A model generated the notes under the pieces. It had not been told where the DNA came from. It saw only the letters and a program-made list of their open reading frames with translations, and did not search any database. Shown here piece after piece: positions 18,857 through 29,343 of a stretch of 64,000 nucleotides of DNA; within the stretch, counting starts at the first letter, position 1, and every line of letters starts with the position of its first letter. Source of the stretch: Candidatus Omnitrophota bacterium (GTDB lineage: Bacteria; Omnitrophota; Gorgyraeia; Gygaellales; Profunditerraquicolaceae); the NCBI GenBank assembly GCA_022710715.1, contig JAKLGJ010000001.1, positions 362,041 through 426,040 on the forward strand, given 5' to 3'. The translations under genes were made by a program, and so were the position numbers.

Positions 18857-20371
18857 ATGATTAATAAAGGATTACAATTAGTTAAAGGCTCGGTTTTTAA
18901 GCTAATAGAATTCTTCTTAGGGGCTATTCTAGGCTTGTTTCTAATGCCATTTATAATAGAGACTTTAGGGGAAGCTTCTTATGGTTTATGGATATTGGTA
19001 GGGTCTTTCATAGGGTATTATTCGCTCATGGAGCTTGGTTTAACTTCGGCTATTCAAAGATTTGTCTCAAGGGCAATTGGACAACGTGATGAACTAACTA
19101 TAAACAAAGTAGTAAATACAACTTTAAGTATCTTTTTATTTCTAGGTTTTTGTGTTTTTATCCTAACCTTTCTCTTAGCAATTTTTGTACCTAGGGTTAT
19201 TAAGAATATAGACGATATTCGAAGTTTTAGGTTCGTAATCCTTATCTTAGGATGGACTTTTGCAATTAGTCTACCAGGAAAAGTCTTCTCAGGAATATTG
19301 GCTGCCAATATAAGATTTGATTTAACAGCCATAATAGAAATTATTAGACTATCGATTAGAACAATACTTATAATAATATTCCTTAAAAAAGGTGAAGGGA
19401 TAATTGCCTTGACGATAATATCTGCCGTTACGGAATTGGGTTGCAGTCTGGCTAAATTTATCTGTGTGAAGAAGCTGTATGGCTATATTATTTTATCTCA
19501 TAAGTTCATTGAGATTAAAAGGATAAAGGAACTCTTTAGCTACAGTATAAATACATTTCTATCAACGATTGCAGATCAATTAAGATTTAATGTTGACAAT
19601 CTAGTGTTAGTTAATTTTATAGGTTTATCATCAATTACTATGTTTTCAATTGGGGCAAGATTGATTCAGTACTTTAAAGAATTTATGCTGAGTTTATTGG
19701 GTTCGACAATACCAATATTTAGTCAATATGAAGGGCAGGGAGATTATGATTCGATAAGAGAAAAGTTCATTTTTTTAACAAAAATCAGTATCTACTTTTC
19801 AATAACAATCGGTGGTTTATTGATTGTATTGGGAAAAGCTTTCATTCTAAAATGGGTTGGTATGGGTTATGTTCAATCTTATACTATTCTGCTGATCCTA
19901 CTTATTCCTACCCTGTTTGACACAATTTTGATCCCGGGTGGAGGGCTTCTGTATGGATTGTCTAAACATAGATATTATATGTTTTCTAATATTGGAGAAG
20001 GTGTCCTAAATCTCTTTCTGAGTATACTGTTAGTAAAGAACTTTGGTATATATGGTGTTGCTTTGGGAACGGCTATCCCAATGATGATAACCAAGATTTT
20101 CATTCAACCGATATACACTTGTCGAATAATACAACTTAGTATTAAAGATTTCTATTGCCGCCATTTTTTGCCAGTTTTAGGGTTATCAAGTGCAGTTTTG
20201 CTAATATTTTGGATGATTATCAAGAATCTTATTCTAAGAGACTATCTTAATCTTCTATTATTGTCTATCGCTGGATTGTGCTTGATGCTTGCAACCTTTT
20301 TCCTGTTTGGGTTTTCCAAAGATGAAAAGGGATATTTAATTGAGTTAGCATCAAAAGTATATAAAAAGTAA
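18857..20371 (+). CDS. oligosaccharide flippase (Wzx/MOP superfamily polysaccharide biosynthesis protein)
   Basis: About 14 predicted TM helices across 504 aa. Typical polysaccharide-biosynthesis (PST) family architecture. Confidence 0.75.
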   Translation: MINKGLQLVKGSVFKLIEFFLGAILGLFLMPFIIETLGEASYGLWILVGSFIGYYSLMELGLTSAIQRFVSRAIGQRDELTINKVVNTTLSIFLFLGFCVFILTFLLAIFVPRVIKNIDDIRSFRFVILILGWTFAISLPGKVFSGILAANIRFDLTAIIEIIRLSIRTILIIIFLKKGEGIIALTIISAVTELGCSLAKFICVKKLYGYIILSHKFIEIKRIKELFSYSINTFLSTIADQLRFNVDNLVLVNFIGLSSITMFSIGARLIQYFKEFMLSLLGSTIPIFSQYEGQGDYDSIREKFIFLTKISIYFSITIGGLLIVLGKAFILKWVGMGYVQSYTILLILLIPTLFDTILIPGGGLLYGLSKHRYYMFSNIGEGVLNLFLSILLVKNFGIYGVALGTAIPMMITKIFIQPIYTCRIIQLSIKDFYCRHFLPVLGLSSAVLLIFWMIIKNLILRDYLNLLLLSIAGLCLMLATFFLFGFSKDEKGYLIELASKVYKK

Positions 20372-20486
20372 AGTAATTGAGCTTAGTGCAATACCAACAA
20401 GGAAAGTACAAGAAGTTGGCGTTTTTTTGATCGTCATAATAACCAATCTAAACTTGTGCAAATTCTTATTTGGTTGGAGGTGATTG

Positions 20487-22394
20487 ATGCAAGGAATATT
20501 CGGTTGTTTTAAGAAAAAAGATATTTCTTGTTTGTCTGCTAGGTCACTCATCGAGAAGATGAGTGCGATTTTGGGGGAGGGGCAATCTTTACAGCCGAAA
20601 AGAATCTATATTAACAAAAAGACAGAACTTTCTTTTTATGGAAATTCTAGCAATTTCAAGGCGCGCACTTTTAAAACTCATGAACAAGTTTTGCATATTA
20701 TCTTACACGGAAAAATTTTTAATTTCACCTCGGATGCTTTAATCTCGTATAGAAGCGATGGGATGGATGATTTAGAAAAAATTAGAGATCTCTATGAGAA
20801 ACACAAAGAGAACACTGGTTTATTCTTGGATGGAGAGTTCAATGTAGTCATATATGATGAGTTTTTGGGCCGTCTTACAATCCTCAACGATCGGTTTGGA
20901 TTTAAAAACCTGTATTTCTATGAAGACGAGAATTTATTCATTTTTGGTCCTACAATCGCTTCTCTTTTAGTGTATGCTCATACTAATAAGAGAATTGATA
21001 TCTCATCTGTGTCCGACTTCTTTCACTATGGATATCTTCTAAGCAATAAAACGCTCTTTAAAGAAATAAAAATGTTAAGAGGTGGATCAGTTTTAATCAT
21101 AGACTCGGATAACCCCGGTGTTACTAAACAATATTGGGATTTTCATTCTGTAGACAAAAATTCTTCAGGTACCCTTCAATCTTGCGCCGAGAAAACCTTT
21201 TCTCTGCTTTCGGCTGCTGTTAAAAAGAGAGTAGAGGGGAACTCTAGGATTATTGTTCAAATTAGCGGCGGTCTTGATTCCAGAATGATCGCAGCTTTGG
21301 TTAGAGCAGCTGGGCGTGAATTTGCAGCGGTAACTTTTGGAGCAAGAAAATGTCGTGAAGTGTTACTTGCCCGAGAAGTTGTTGTTAAATTGCGCTGTGA
21401 TAGCCATTTAATAAAAGAAATAAGGCCTCAAGGATTCGTTGGTTCGATTATGGAAACTTTGAAAAATACTGAATGTCAATGTGAAAGCTTAGGATTGTCA
21501 GGTCCATATAGCACAATGAAAGAGACATTGGCTAACAATCAATTTGATTTGCTTCTAGGAGGGTTTTGTGGGGATTTAATACTAGGAGGAAGTTTCCTTA
21601 GGAGAGATGGAGTAATAAATAGTAATGAGAATTTAGATCAAGTAGCACAGTATTTGTTTAATCTCATGGAAGGTCCAGAACTCGCTCCTTTTCAAGCCTC
21701 AATCTTTACGGAAGTTATGCAAGAAAACTTTACACGCTACCGACTTTCAAATATTAAAAACGAGTTAAAGATAATCAGTGATAAAGTCGATTCCTATGGG
21801 GATCTGTTGGACTGGTTTATAATAACAAACAAAATTTTTCACTTTATTAACTATGCACAGAGAAATAATACTATTCATGTTAAAGAGTTTTACCCGTTTT
21901 TTGATTACGAATTTTTCGATTTTGTTTACTCTCTTCCGTTGTCGATGAGAAAGAAGCACCGGATCTATAAGGAAATCTACAAAATGCAGTTTCCGGAATT
22001 GGCGGAAATTCCTTGGTTGAAGAGCGGAGTTAATCTATATTCGAATCCAGGAAAATTAAGGACTTTTATTCGTAAGCAGGTAATCAGTTTTTCTCAGGCT
22101 GTAAGCCGTTTGAGTTTTGGTAAGATGAATATCGATAATCCGTATGCATATGCTAATTACGACAATTGGTTTCGAACGGATAAGACTTTTAGACAAATTA
22201 TTGAAAAGGTTCTGATGGATCCCAGAACGATTGAGCGTGGGTATTACTCAAAAACCGGTCTGAGGAATCTATTAAACATGCAGAAGAATGGGAAAAACTA
22301 TTTTACTTTAATAGATAGGTTATTTACTTTCGAAATGTGGAATCGCTTGTTTATTGATAATCAAGGTGTTGGCAATTCTATGAATGCTTTCTAG
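20487..22394 (+). CDS. asparagine synthase family amidotransferase paralog lacking the N-terminal Cys nucleophile
   Basis: SGGLDS PP-loop and an AsnB-like C-terminal domain. N-terminus is MQGIFGC instead of MCGI. RBS GGAGGTG is present. Confidence 0.75.
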   Translation: MQGIFGCFKKKDISCLSARSLIEKMSAILGEGQSLQPKRIYINKKTELSFYGNSSNFKARTFKTHEQVLHIILHGKIFNFTSDALISYRSDGMDDLEKIRDLYEKHKENTGLFLDGEFNVVIYDEFLGRLTILNDRFGFKNLYFYEDENLFIFGPTIASLLVYAHTNKRIDISSVSDFFHYGYLLSNKTLFKEIKMLRGGSVLIIDSDNPGVTKQYWDFHSVDKNSSGTLQSCAEKTFSLLSAAVKKRVEGNSRIIVQISGGLDSRMIAALVRAAGREFAAVTFGARKCREVLLAREVVVKLRCDSHLIKEIRPQGFVGSIMETLKNTECQCESLGLSGPYSTMKETLANNQFDLLLGGFCGDLILGGSFLRRDGVINSNENLDQVAQYLFNLMEGPELAPFQASIFTEVMQENFTRYRLSNIKNELKIISDKVDSYGDLLDWFIITNKIFHFINYAQRNNTIHVKEFYPFFDYEFFDFVYSLPLSMRKKHRIYKEIYKMQFPELAEIPWLKSGVNLYSNPGKLRTFIRKQVISFSQAVSRLSFGKMNIDNPYAYANYDNWFRTDKTFRQIIEKVLMDPRTIERGYYSKTGLRNLLNMQKNGKNYFTLIDRLFTFEMWNRLFIDNQGVGNSMNAF

Positions 22395-22435
22395 AACATG
22401 CCTGTTCTTCTGCTTAAGGGAGTGCTATTTACAAT

Positions 22436-23599
22436 ATGACATTTTTCAGAGAGTACAGCAGCTTATTACTATTGATTCTATTACTATTCGTTGCAATCAA
22501 ACTTAATAGATATAGATGGTTACCCTTGTATTGTGCGAAGCGTTCTTTTTCTTTAAAGAAAAAACAAGGAAACGGCTTAATACACATTATTGTGTGTATA
22601 GTTGATCATTTTGAACCAGCGAATGGCAATGCTACATTAAACACTCAAAGGTTGAGAATTGATACGTGGTGTGAATGCTATCCCCGGATGGCAAAGCAAT
22701 TTAGGGATTCAGATGGTAAAGTTCCCCAACACACCTGGTTTTATCCACCGCATCATCAAGAAGCTTTTCTCGAAGATTTAGTGACGCTATGCAAAAAGGG
22801 TTTTGGGGAGATCGAGATGCACATGCATCATAACCGAATGAATCCCTTTCCGGAAATAAATGATAGTTTCAGAGTTAAGTTATTGAAATGCGTAGAAGAT
22901 TATTCAAAATATGGAATTTTTTGCTTACCCGATGGTTCAAAAAAATTTGGATTTATTCATGGCGATTGGTCATTGGATAATGCGCGGGGTGAAAAGTTCT
23001 GCGGAGTCAATAACGAGATCCAACTGTTGAAAGAGTGTGGATGTTATGCTGATTTTACTTTTCCTACAATTGAAATAGCTCAACCCAGGATGATTAACAA
23101 AATGTACTATGCCAATGATAACCCTTTAAAATCAAAATCTTATGATGTTGGAAATGAGATAGTAGTTCATGGCGAGGTTTCAGGAGATTTGATGATAGTT
23201 CAAGGAATATTGGGGTTAAGATGGGGATCAAAAAGATTCTTCCTGAAGCCTACAATTGAGACATCGAATCTTGACTTTAACGAAGAACCGACAATAGCTA
23301 GGACAGACTTTTGGGTGAAGAATGCGATTGTTGTTAAAGGACGTCCGCAGTGGAGATTTATAAAGCTTCATACACATGGAGCGAGGGAGGAAACCTGGGA
23401 TTCATTATTTGGTAGTTCGGCAGAGAGTATGTTTAATCATTTGAGTCAGGTATATAATGACAAAGAACGGTATTCGCTCCATTATGTGACAGCTAGAGAA
23501 ATGTATAATATTGTCAAAGCGGCAGAAGCTGGGAAAGAAGGTAATCCTAATCAGTTCAGGGATTTTATTATCCCACGGTACATCTATTTAGAGAAATAA
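22436..23599 (+). CDS. hypothetical protein (His-rich, possibly a metal-dependent deacetylase or hydrolase fold)
   Basis: 387-aa ORF with coding periodicity. Motifs VDHFEP and HMHHNRMNP. Confidence 0.45.
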   Translation: MTFFREYSSLLLLILLLFVAIKLNRYRWLPLYCAKRSFSLKKKQGNGLIHIIVCIVDHFEPANGNATLNTQRLRIDTWCECYPRMAKQFRDSDGKVPQHTWFYPPHHQEAFLEDLVTLCKKGFGEIEMHMHHNRMNPFPEINDSFRVKLLKCVEDYSKYGIFCLPDGSKKFGFIHGDWSLDNARGEKFCGVNNEIQLLKECGCYADFTFPTIEIAQPRMINKMYYANDNPLKSKSYDVGNEIVVHGEVSGDLMIVQGILGLRWGSKRFFLKPTIETSNLDFNEEPTIARTDFWVKNAIVVKGRPQWRFIKLHTHGAREETWDSLFGSSAESMFNHLSQVYNDKERYSLHYVTAREMYNIVKAAEAGKEGNPNQFRDFIIPRYIYLEK

Positions 23600-23601
23600 T
23601 T

Positions 23602-24849
23602 ATGCTTTTTTTCTGTCTTCTTCTTTTTATAGTCATTACATATATTCAACCGCAGGATTTTATTCCAATCGTCAAGGGCTTGCCCATTGTATATTTTCTT
23701 TTAATGTTCCTCGGTATACTTTGGTCTTTTCGATTATTAACAAAAGGAGATTTAAAGTTAGGAAAAGCACCACAAAATATCCTTATGTTTTTATTCTGGA
23801 TAGCTATTACTCTTTCAACCCTTAAGGTCGCTTGGTTTCCGTATACTCTTGAGATATTTTTAGAATGGTCTAAAGTAATAATAATTTATTGTTTTGTTGT
23901 TACTATAGTTAATTCGGAAGAAAAATTAATAGCGACTAATTGGGCAATCGTTCTTTCAATATTAATAACGGCTTGGTTGGGGATTTTGCAAAACTTTGGA
24001 TTGGATTTTACTGGTTTGGGAACTCATCTAGCAGGCCGGATTAGAGGTGTGGGGATTTTTGGAACCAACCAGTTGGCTTACGCCATGTGTTTTACTCTTC
24101 CTTTGGTCTTTTATTTATTTAGAATAACTCCCAAAATACTTCCCAGAATTTTGCTTATCCTAACAGCTATCTCTTTGGGCTACTGCACTTTTCTTACACA
24201 ATCCAGGGGTGGATTGCTATGTTTTTCGATAGTGATTTTACTCACTTTTATCTCATTTACGAAGAAAAAAAGAATTAAATTATTAGGAATTGTTTTAAGT
24301 ATCGCTATATTCATTCTCCTAATAAAATTCGCTCCGCGGTTCTCAAGCACTTTTGAATATCAGGAAGATGCGTCTGCAGTCAATAGGTTGAATGCTTGGG
24401 CTGATGGGTTAAGTATGGCCAAGGAAAATCCATTATTTGGAATTGGGAAGAATCAATTTGTTGAGACTTTTAAAATAGCCGCACATAATTCATTTATTGA
24501 GACATTAACTGAAGTGGGATTTGTCGGTTTATTTATCTGGTTAGGACTTTTCTCCCTTACGCTAAGGAATTTACGTGCAATATTTAAAAATGATACTAAT
24601 AATTCAACCGCAATGAGGATTTACAGCAAGTATCTTTCAATAAGCTTTTATGCTTATCTGATTGGTTCTTATTTTTCTGCGAGTTCTTATTATATTCCTC
24701 TTTATATCTTGTTTGCATTGAGTGTTATTCTTCAGAATTTATTATACCGTGAAGAATTAAGTTATATTCGTTGGAAGGATTTAGGCAACATTGCTTTTAT
24801 TGAAATTGGAGTGTTAATCTTCATTCATTTAGTAGCGAGGTTTTCTTAG
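23602..24849 (+). CDS. O-antigen ligase / Wzy-like polymerase family membrane protein
   Basis: About 10-12 TM helices and a periplasmic loop containing AAHNSFIETLTEVGFVGL (Wzy_C-like). Confidence 0.75.
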   Translation: MLFFCLLLFIVITYIQPQDFIPIVKGLPIVYFLLMFLGILWSFRLLTKGDLKLGKAPQNILMFLFWIAITLSTLKVAWFPYTLEIFLEWSKVIIIYCFVVTIVNSEEKLIATNWAIVLSILITAWLGILQNFGLDFTGLGTHLAGRIRGVGIFGTNQLAYAMCFTLPLVFYLFRITPKILPRILLILTAISLGYCTFLTQSRGGLLCFSIVILLTFISFTKKKRIKLLGIVLSIAIFILLIKFAPRFSSTFEYQEDASAVNRLNAWADGLSMAKENPLFGIGKNQFVETFKIAAHNSFIETLTEVGFVGLFIWLGLFSLTLRNLRAIFKNDTNNSTAMRIYSKYLSISFYAYLIGSYFSASSYYIPLYILFALSVILQNLLYREELSYIRWKDLGNIAFIEIGVLIFIHLVARFS

Positions 24850-24850
24850 A

Positions 24851-26212
24851 ATGGCTCTGACAAGTTCTGATGCTAATAAAGTGTTAATCGTTTCTTACAA
24901 CTTCCCACCAGTTAATAGTCCTGGGGTCTACAGAATAATTGGTTTCCTGAAGCACTTAAAAACATTTGGCTATGAGCCGATTGTGCTCACAGTTAAAAAC
25001 CCTTTTGGCGATGTTGTTGATGAATCAATGACGAGTTGTATACCTGTCGGTACGGAAGTCCATAGAGTTTTTTCTTTCGAAATTGATCGGCTAAAAACAA
25101 ACATTATTGATTTCTTAAAGAATGCAGGATCCCGTTCATGCCGAGGCGGTTCTGATTCTAATTCCGCGCGAGGTCGCGGGAGTAATATTTTTTCTTCTTA
25201 TTTGAAGGATATTGAAAAATTCCTTTTCCTGCCAGATCGAAAGATTGGATGTATCCCTCAATTGTGCTTGTGCGCTCTTTGGATTTGTTGGCTGAAGAAG
25301 GTAAAATTTATTTTTATTTCTTCTCCGCCGCATTCTCTGCATCTCGTCGGTGTGTTCTTAAAAAAAGTTCTCGGGGTTAACGTAATTTCTGATTTTCGGG
25401 ATCCATGGGGCAATGAATTGATTTCTCGATCTGTGTTTGCCCGTTGTATCAATCTTGCAATTGAGAAAACTGTTTTGAAGAACAGCGATTGTGTGATTGC
25501 TAATACAGATGGCTTGAAGCTGAAAATTAAGAATAAACACACGTGGCTTGAAGAAGATAAAATTGAAGTTATCACAAATGGTTTCGATAGAAACGAAATG
25601 CAGAGCTATGAGATGAAAGAAATTCCTGCGCCGATTAAAAGAGGAGATAAGCTCTCTTTGGTTTTTATTGGCACTATTTATCCCGGGATGATTGACGGAT
25701 TTATTAAGGCGCTTGAGGAATTATACAATTCTAATAAAGAGATTTCTACATTGATTCGAATTACCTTTGCTGGAACTCTTTCGGAAAGCGATATAGGGCA
25801 GTTTGATAAAGTCGGATTACGTGATATGGTTAGCTATCTCGGTTTCATTTCTAGAAAAGCCTCAATAAAGTGTATTCAAGAGTCTGATATTCTGCTGCTT
25901 TTTCTTCCAGATAATGAACAGTTTAATTCTTGTATACCCAGTAAAGTTTTTGATTATATTTTAACTGCGAAGCCCATCTTTGCATTAATACCGGAAGGGG
26001 ATACAACGAGGTTTTTGCAAAAAACTAAGACCGGAATATGCATTGCACCAAATAATGTCAACGAGATTAAAACCATAATTTTGCGTCTTTTAGATGATTT
26101 TCATGCAGATAAAATCAAGATTGATCCGGATTGGTGTGAAATTGAAAAATTTAATAGGTATGATCTAACTAAAAAGTTAGTGAGGATCTTTGATCTTTTA
26201 AAGAGCAAGTGA
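24851..26212 (+). CDS. glycosyltransferase (GT4-like)
   Basis: N-terminus VLIVSYNFPPVNSPGVYRI is typical of GT4 N-terminal domains. C-terminal Rossmann-like domain. Confidence 0.6.
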   Translation: MALTSSDANKVLIVSYNFPPVNSPGVYRIIGFLKHLKTFGYEPIVLTVKNPFGDVVDESMTSCIPVGTEVHRVFSFEIDRLKTNIIDFLKNAGSRSCRGGSDSNSARGRGSNIFSSYLKDIEKFLFLPDRKIGCIPQLCLCALWICWLKKVKFIFISSPPHSLHLVGVFLKKVLGVNVISDFRDPWGNELISRSVFARCINLAIEKTVLKNSDCVIANTDGLKLKIKNKHTWLEEDKIEVITNGFDRNEMQSYEMKEIPAPIKRGDKLSLVFIGTIYPGMIDGFIKALEELYNSNKEISTLIRITFAGTLSESDIGQFDKVGLRDMVSYLGFISRKASIKCIQESDILLLFLPDNEQFNSCIPSKVFDYILTAKPIFALIPEGDTTRFLQKTKTGICIAPNNVNEIKTIILRLLDDFHADKIKIDPDWCEIEKFNRYDLTKKLVRIFDLLKSK

Positions 26213-26243
26213 TTATCAGAAGTGCTAAGATTATGCAAATAAT

Positions 26244-27419
26244 ATGAAAAAGAGAATTTTGGTTGTCGAAGATTTGGATATGAAGAAAGTTGATTCTTGG
26301 ATTGAGTTCCATCGGAGTTTTTTAATTGCCGCAAAAGCTAGAAATATCGAGGTCCATTTTGTTCTACCTAAAGAGCCTTGTGAAAACGTAATAAGCAGAT
26401 TGAGGGATGTTGACTTTCGTTATATAGTGTTTGACAATTGGTGGAATAAGCATAATGCAGAGAGAAGAAACAACATCGCATTGGCACTGGTTGTTACAAG
26501 AATACTTTTAAAAGGTGATTATGATTTAGTTGAGTTCGATTTTTGTTATGAACTCTCTGTTTTCTTAATTACTATTTTCGCAAAATTAATGTTCAAAAAA
26601 ACAAGATTCATTTGGAGACAACATTCTCAAAGTGGTATGATGAGGAACCAGCGTAAATTGTCAGAGGTAATAAAACGCTATTGTTCTAAAATGAGGGTTA
26701 TTTCTTGGCTAATTGACCAGGTCATAGTTTTATCTGAATGCCAAAAACAGGTTTTTGTAAAGAGAGGAATTCTTGCTAAGAAAATACAAGTTGTGCCAAC
26801 TGGTATTAATCTGGATAAATATGTGAGTGTTCGAAACGGGCAGCTCTTGATGAAGCAATTTGATTTGAGCAATTTTCAATTTGCAATTATGACCGTTGCT
26901 TCTTTAATACCTGATAAAGGGATAAACTTTCTTTTAGATGCCGCTCAGATTGTTCTAAAAAAGTATAGCAAAGTTTGTTTTCTTATAGTGGGGGATGGTC
27001 CGGAAGCGCATAATTTGAAAGCGCAAGCGAAGCGTTTAAAAATTGAAAACAATGTAATTTTTATGGGATTGCGCAATGATATCCCTGAATTGCTTTCGAC
27101 TGCTGATATTTTTGTGCTTCCTACTCTGGCTGAAGCTATGTCGTTCTCTATATTAGAAGCGATGTCTTCGGGCAAACCTATCATTGCTTCTGACGTTGGA
27201 GGGATTCCTGAAGTGGTCCAACACCAATATAATGGTTTTTTAATCCCTCCCAAACATCCTGAAGTTTTAGCCGATCATCTTTTGCTATTAATCGATAATT
27301 CTAACCTAAGGGAAATAATGGGCAAAAGGAGTATTCAAATAGTTGAACAAAAATTTAATTTGAATTCTTCTATTGAGCGAACTTGGAAAATATTCGATTT
27401 TTGTTTAGCAAAACTTTAA
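26244..27419 (+). CDS. GT4 family glycosyltransferase
   Basis: EX7E motif EAMSFSILEAMSSGKPIIASDVGGIPE. Confidence 0.85.
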   Translation: MKKRILVVEDLDMKKVDSWIEFHRSFLIAAKARNIEVHFVLPKEPCENVISRLRDVDFRYIVFDNWWNKHNAERRNNIALALVVTRILLKGDYDLVEFDFCYELSVFLITIFAKLMFKKTRFIWRQHSQSGMMRNQRKLSEVIKRYCSKMRVISWLIDQVIVLSECQKQVFVKRGILAKKIQVVPTGINLDKYVSVRNGQLLMKQFDLSNFQFAIMTVASLIPDKGINFLLDAAQIVLKKYSKVCFLIVGDGPEAHNLKAQAKRLKIENNVIFMGLRNDIPELLSTADIFVLPTLAEAMSFSILEAMSSGKPIIASDVGGIPEVVQHQYNGFLIPPKHPEVLADHLLLLIDNSNLREIMGKRSIQIVEQKFNLNSSIERTWKIFDFCLAKL

Positions 27420-27442
27420 TGAAATCTGGAGCGTGTGTGATG

Positions 27443-28117
27443 AGTGTTATGAGAAAAATTATAGATATAATTTTGAACCCGCATCTTGCGAATACATTTA
27501 TTCAGGAGCGAGAAATCAAGAAAATGATCAAAAAGTTAGGCGGTAATGCTTTGATTCTGAATATTGGTTCAAAGAATGTTAGATTCCCCAGCAATGTCCT
27601 AAATCTTGATTTAGCCCATAGTCCTCAGGTTGATGTGGTTGGCGATGCGCATTGTTTACCCTTTAAGGACGAATGTGTTGATGGCGTAATTGTCACTGCT
27701 TTATTGGAGATTGTTGAAAATCCAGAAAAGGTTGTTAATGAGATACATCGAGTTCTCAACCCCCAAGGAGTAATACTAGCTACTTTGCCTTTTTTGCAAA
27801 CATATCACCCTGATCCAACTGATTTTAGAAGATTTACTAAAGAAGGAGTTGAGAAACTATTTAAAAATTTTAAGAAGGAAAAGATTATTAATACGAGAGG
27901 GTTATTCTCCTCTTTTTTATGGATATTAAGAGATTTTCTAGCAATACTATTCTCTTTTAATAATTTTAAACTATGGTGTATATGGAATATAATTTTTGGT
28001 TGGTTACTCTATCCATTTAAATTTCTTGATTATATGTTTTATGATTTTAAATTTCAGTATTATATATCATCAAGTTTTCTTTATCTGGGGGAAAAAAGAG
28101 AAAGCGGGATATCTTAA
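27443..28117 (+). CDS. class I SAM-dependent methyltransferase
   Basis: LNIGSKN...LDL...DVVGDAHCLPF...DGVI, Methyltransf_11-like. Start at 27443 avoids overlap with the upstream gene. Confidence 0.65.
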   Translation, partial: SVMRKIIDIILNPHLANTFIQEREIKKMIKKLGGNALILNIGSKNVRFPSNVLNLDLAHSPQVDVVGDAHCLPFKDECVDGVIVTALLEIVENPEKVVNEIHRVLNPQGVILATLPFLQTYHPDPTDFRRFTKEGVEKLFKNFKKEKIINTRGLFSSFLWILRDFLAILFSFNNFKLWCIWNIIFGWLLYPFKFLDYMFYDFKFQYYISSSFLYLGEKRESGIS

Positions 28118-28213
28118 TCCAGTAAGTTTGTTAACATCCAAGTTTATATAGAGTTTTAGCAGGTCTTGTTTTCTAATATAATAGGACCTGTTAATGCAAT
28201 AAGGCTAGATTAA

Positions 28214-29341
28214 ATGAGTAATAAAAAGATCAATGTGATGCATATTCAAGAATCGTTAGATGTTGGTGGAATGGAAAATGGGATTGTCAATCTAGCCAAT
28301 CATCTAAATGGAGAATATTTTAAGGTTACGTTGTGCTGTCTTAACAAAATGGGTTCTTTATGCAATAGAGTAAATGACAAAAGGGTGAGAATTATTAATA
28401 TGGAACAGAAAGAGGGATTGGCACTGTTTTTGGTTTTTAAATTAATCAAAGTTCTTAGAAAAGAGAAGATAGGGATTGTGCACACGCATAACTTTTACAG
28501 TGGTTTATATGGAATTATTGCGGCTCGATTAGCTGGTATTCACGTCGTAATTCATGGCGAACATGGGACAACGATCTTAAACAAGCCAATTAGAATTCTG
28601 GCAATGCGTTTTCTCTCCCGATGTGTTGATAAGTTATTTGCTGTTTCTCATGACTTGAAGGAAGAATTGATGAAAAAGTTAAATATATCCGGCACTAAGA
28701 TAGATGTTCTTGTTAATGGAGTAGATATTGAGCACTTTAGAGCTGCTAAAGAGGCGTGGAATTTAAAAAATGATCTGGGAATCCCGGTCTCCAACTTTAT
28801 AGTTGGGAGCGTCGGGCGGCTTGTCCCTATAAAGAACTTTAAGTTGTTGATTGGTGTTAAGAAAAAACTTGATCTCGCTGGGTTTAATACTAGTTGTATA
28901 ATAATAGGAGCTGGACCCTGCAGAGCAGAACTGGAAAATTATGCCAAAGAGATCGGCACAGAGATTTTGTTTTTGGGGGAACGTGATGATATCTCCGACC
29001 TTTTGGCGATTTTTGATCTTTTTGTACTGACTTCTTTGAATGAAGGAATGTCAAATACCATTCTCGAAGCTATGGCTTGTGGAAAACCAGTGATTGCAAC
29101 TCAAGTGGGGGGGAATTTGGAGCTGGTAGAAGAAAACAAAACCGGATTTCTGGTCCCGTCAGATAATCTTGAAGAATTATTTAATGCCATTGTAAAGCTC
29201 ATAAATAACAAAAAGTTGCTTGCTCATTTTGGTCGCTGTGCTAGAGATACGGTAGAACAAAAATTTTCTCTGCAAGCGATGGTTAAGAATTACGAGCATG
29301 CATATTTAACACTTGCCCAAAAGAAAGGGTTATTGGATTAA
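28214..29341 (+). CDS. GT4 family glycosyltransferase
   Basis: EX7E motif EGMSNTILEAMACGKPVIATQVGGNLE. Confidence 0.85.
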   Translation: MSNKKINVMHIQESLDVGGMENGIVNLANHLNGEYFKVTLCCLNKMGSLCNRVNDKRVRIINMEQKEGLALFLVFKLIKVLRKEKIGIVHTHNFYSGLYGIIAARLAGIHVVIHGEHGTTILNKPIRILAMRFLSRCVDKLFAVSHDLKEELMKKLNISGTKIDVLVNGVDIEHFRAAKEAWNLKNDLGIPVSNFIVGSVGRLVPIKNFKLLIGVKKKLDLAGFNTSCIIIGAGPCRAELENYAKEIGTEILFLGERDDISDLLAIFDLFVLTSLNEGMSNTILEAMACGKPVIATQVGGNLELVEENKTGFLVPSDNLEELFNAIVKLINNKKLLAHFGRCARDTVEQKFSLQAMVKNYEHAYLTLAQKKGLLD

Positions 29342-29343
29342 AC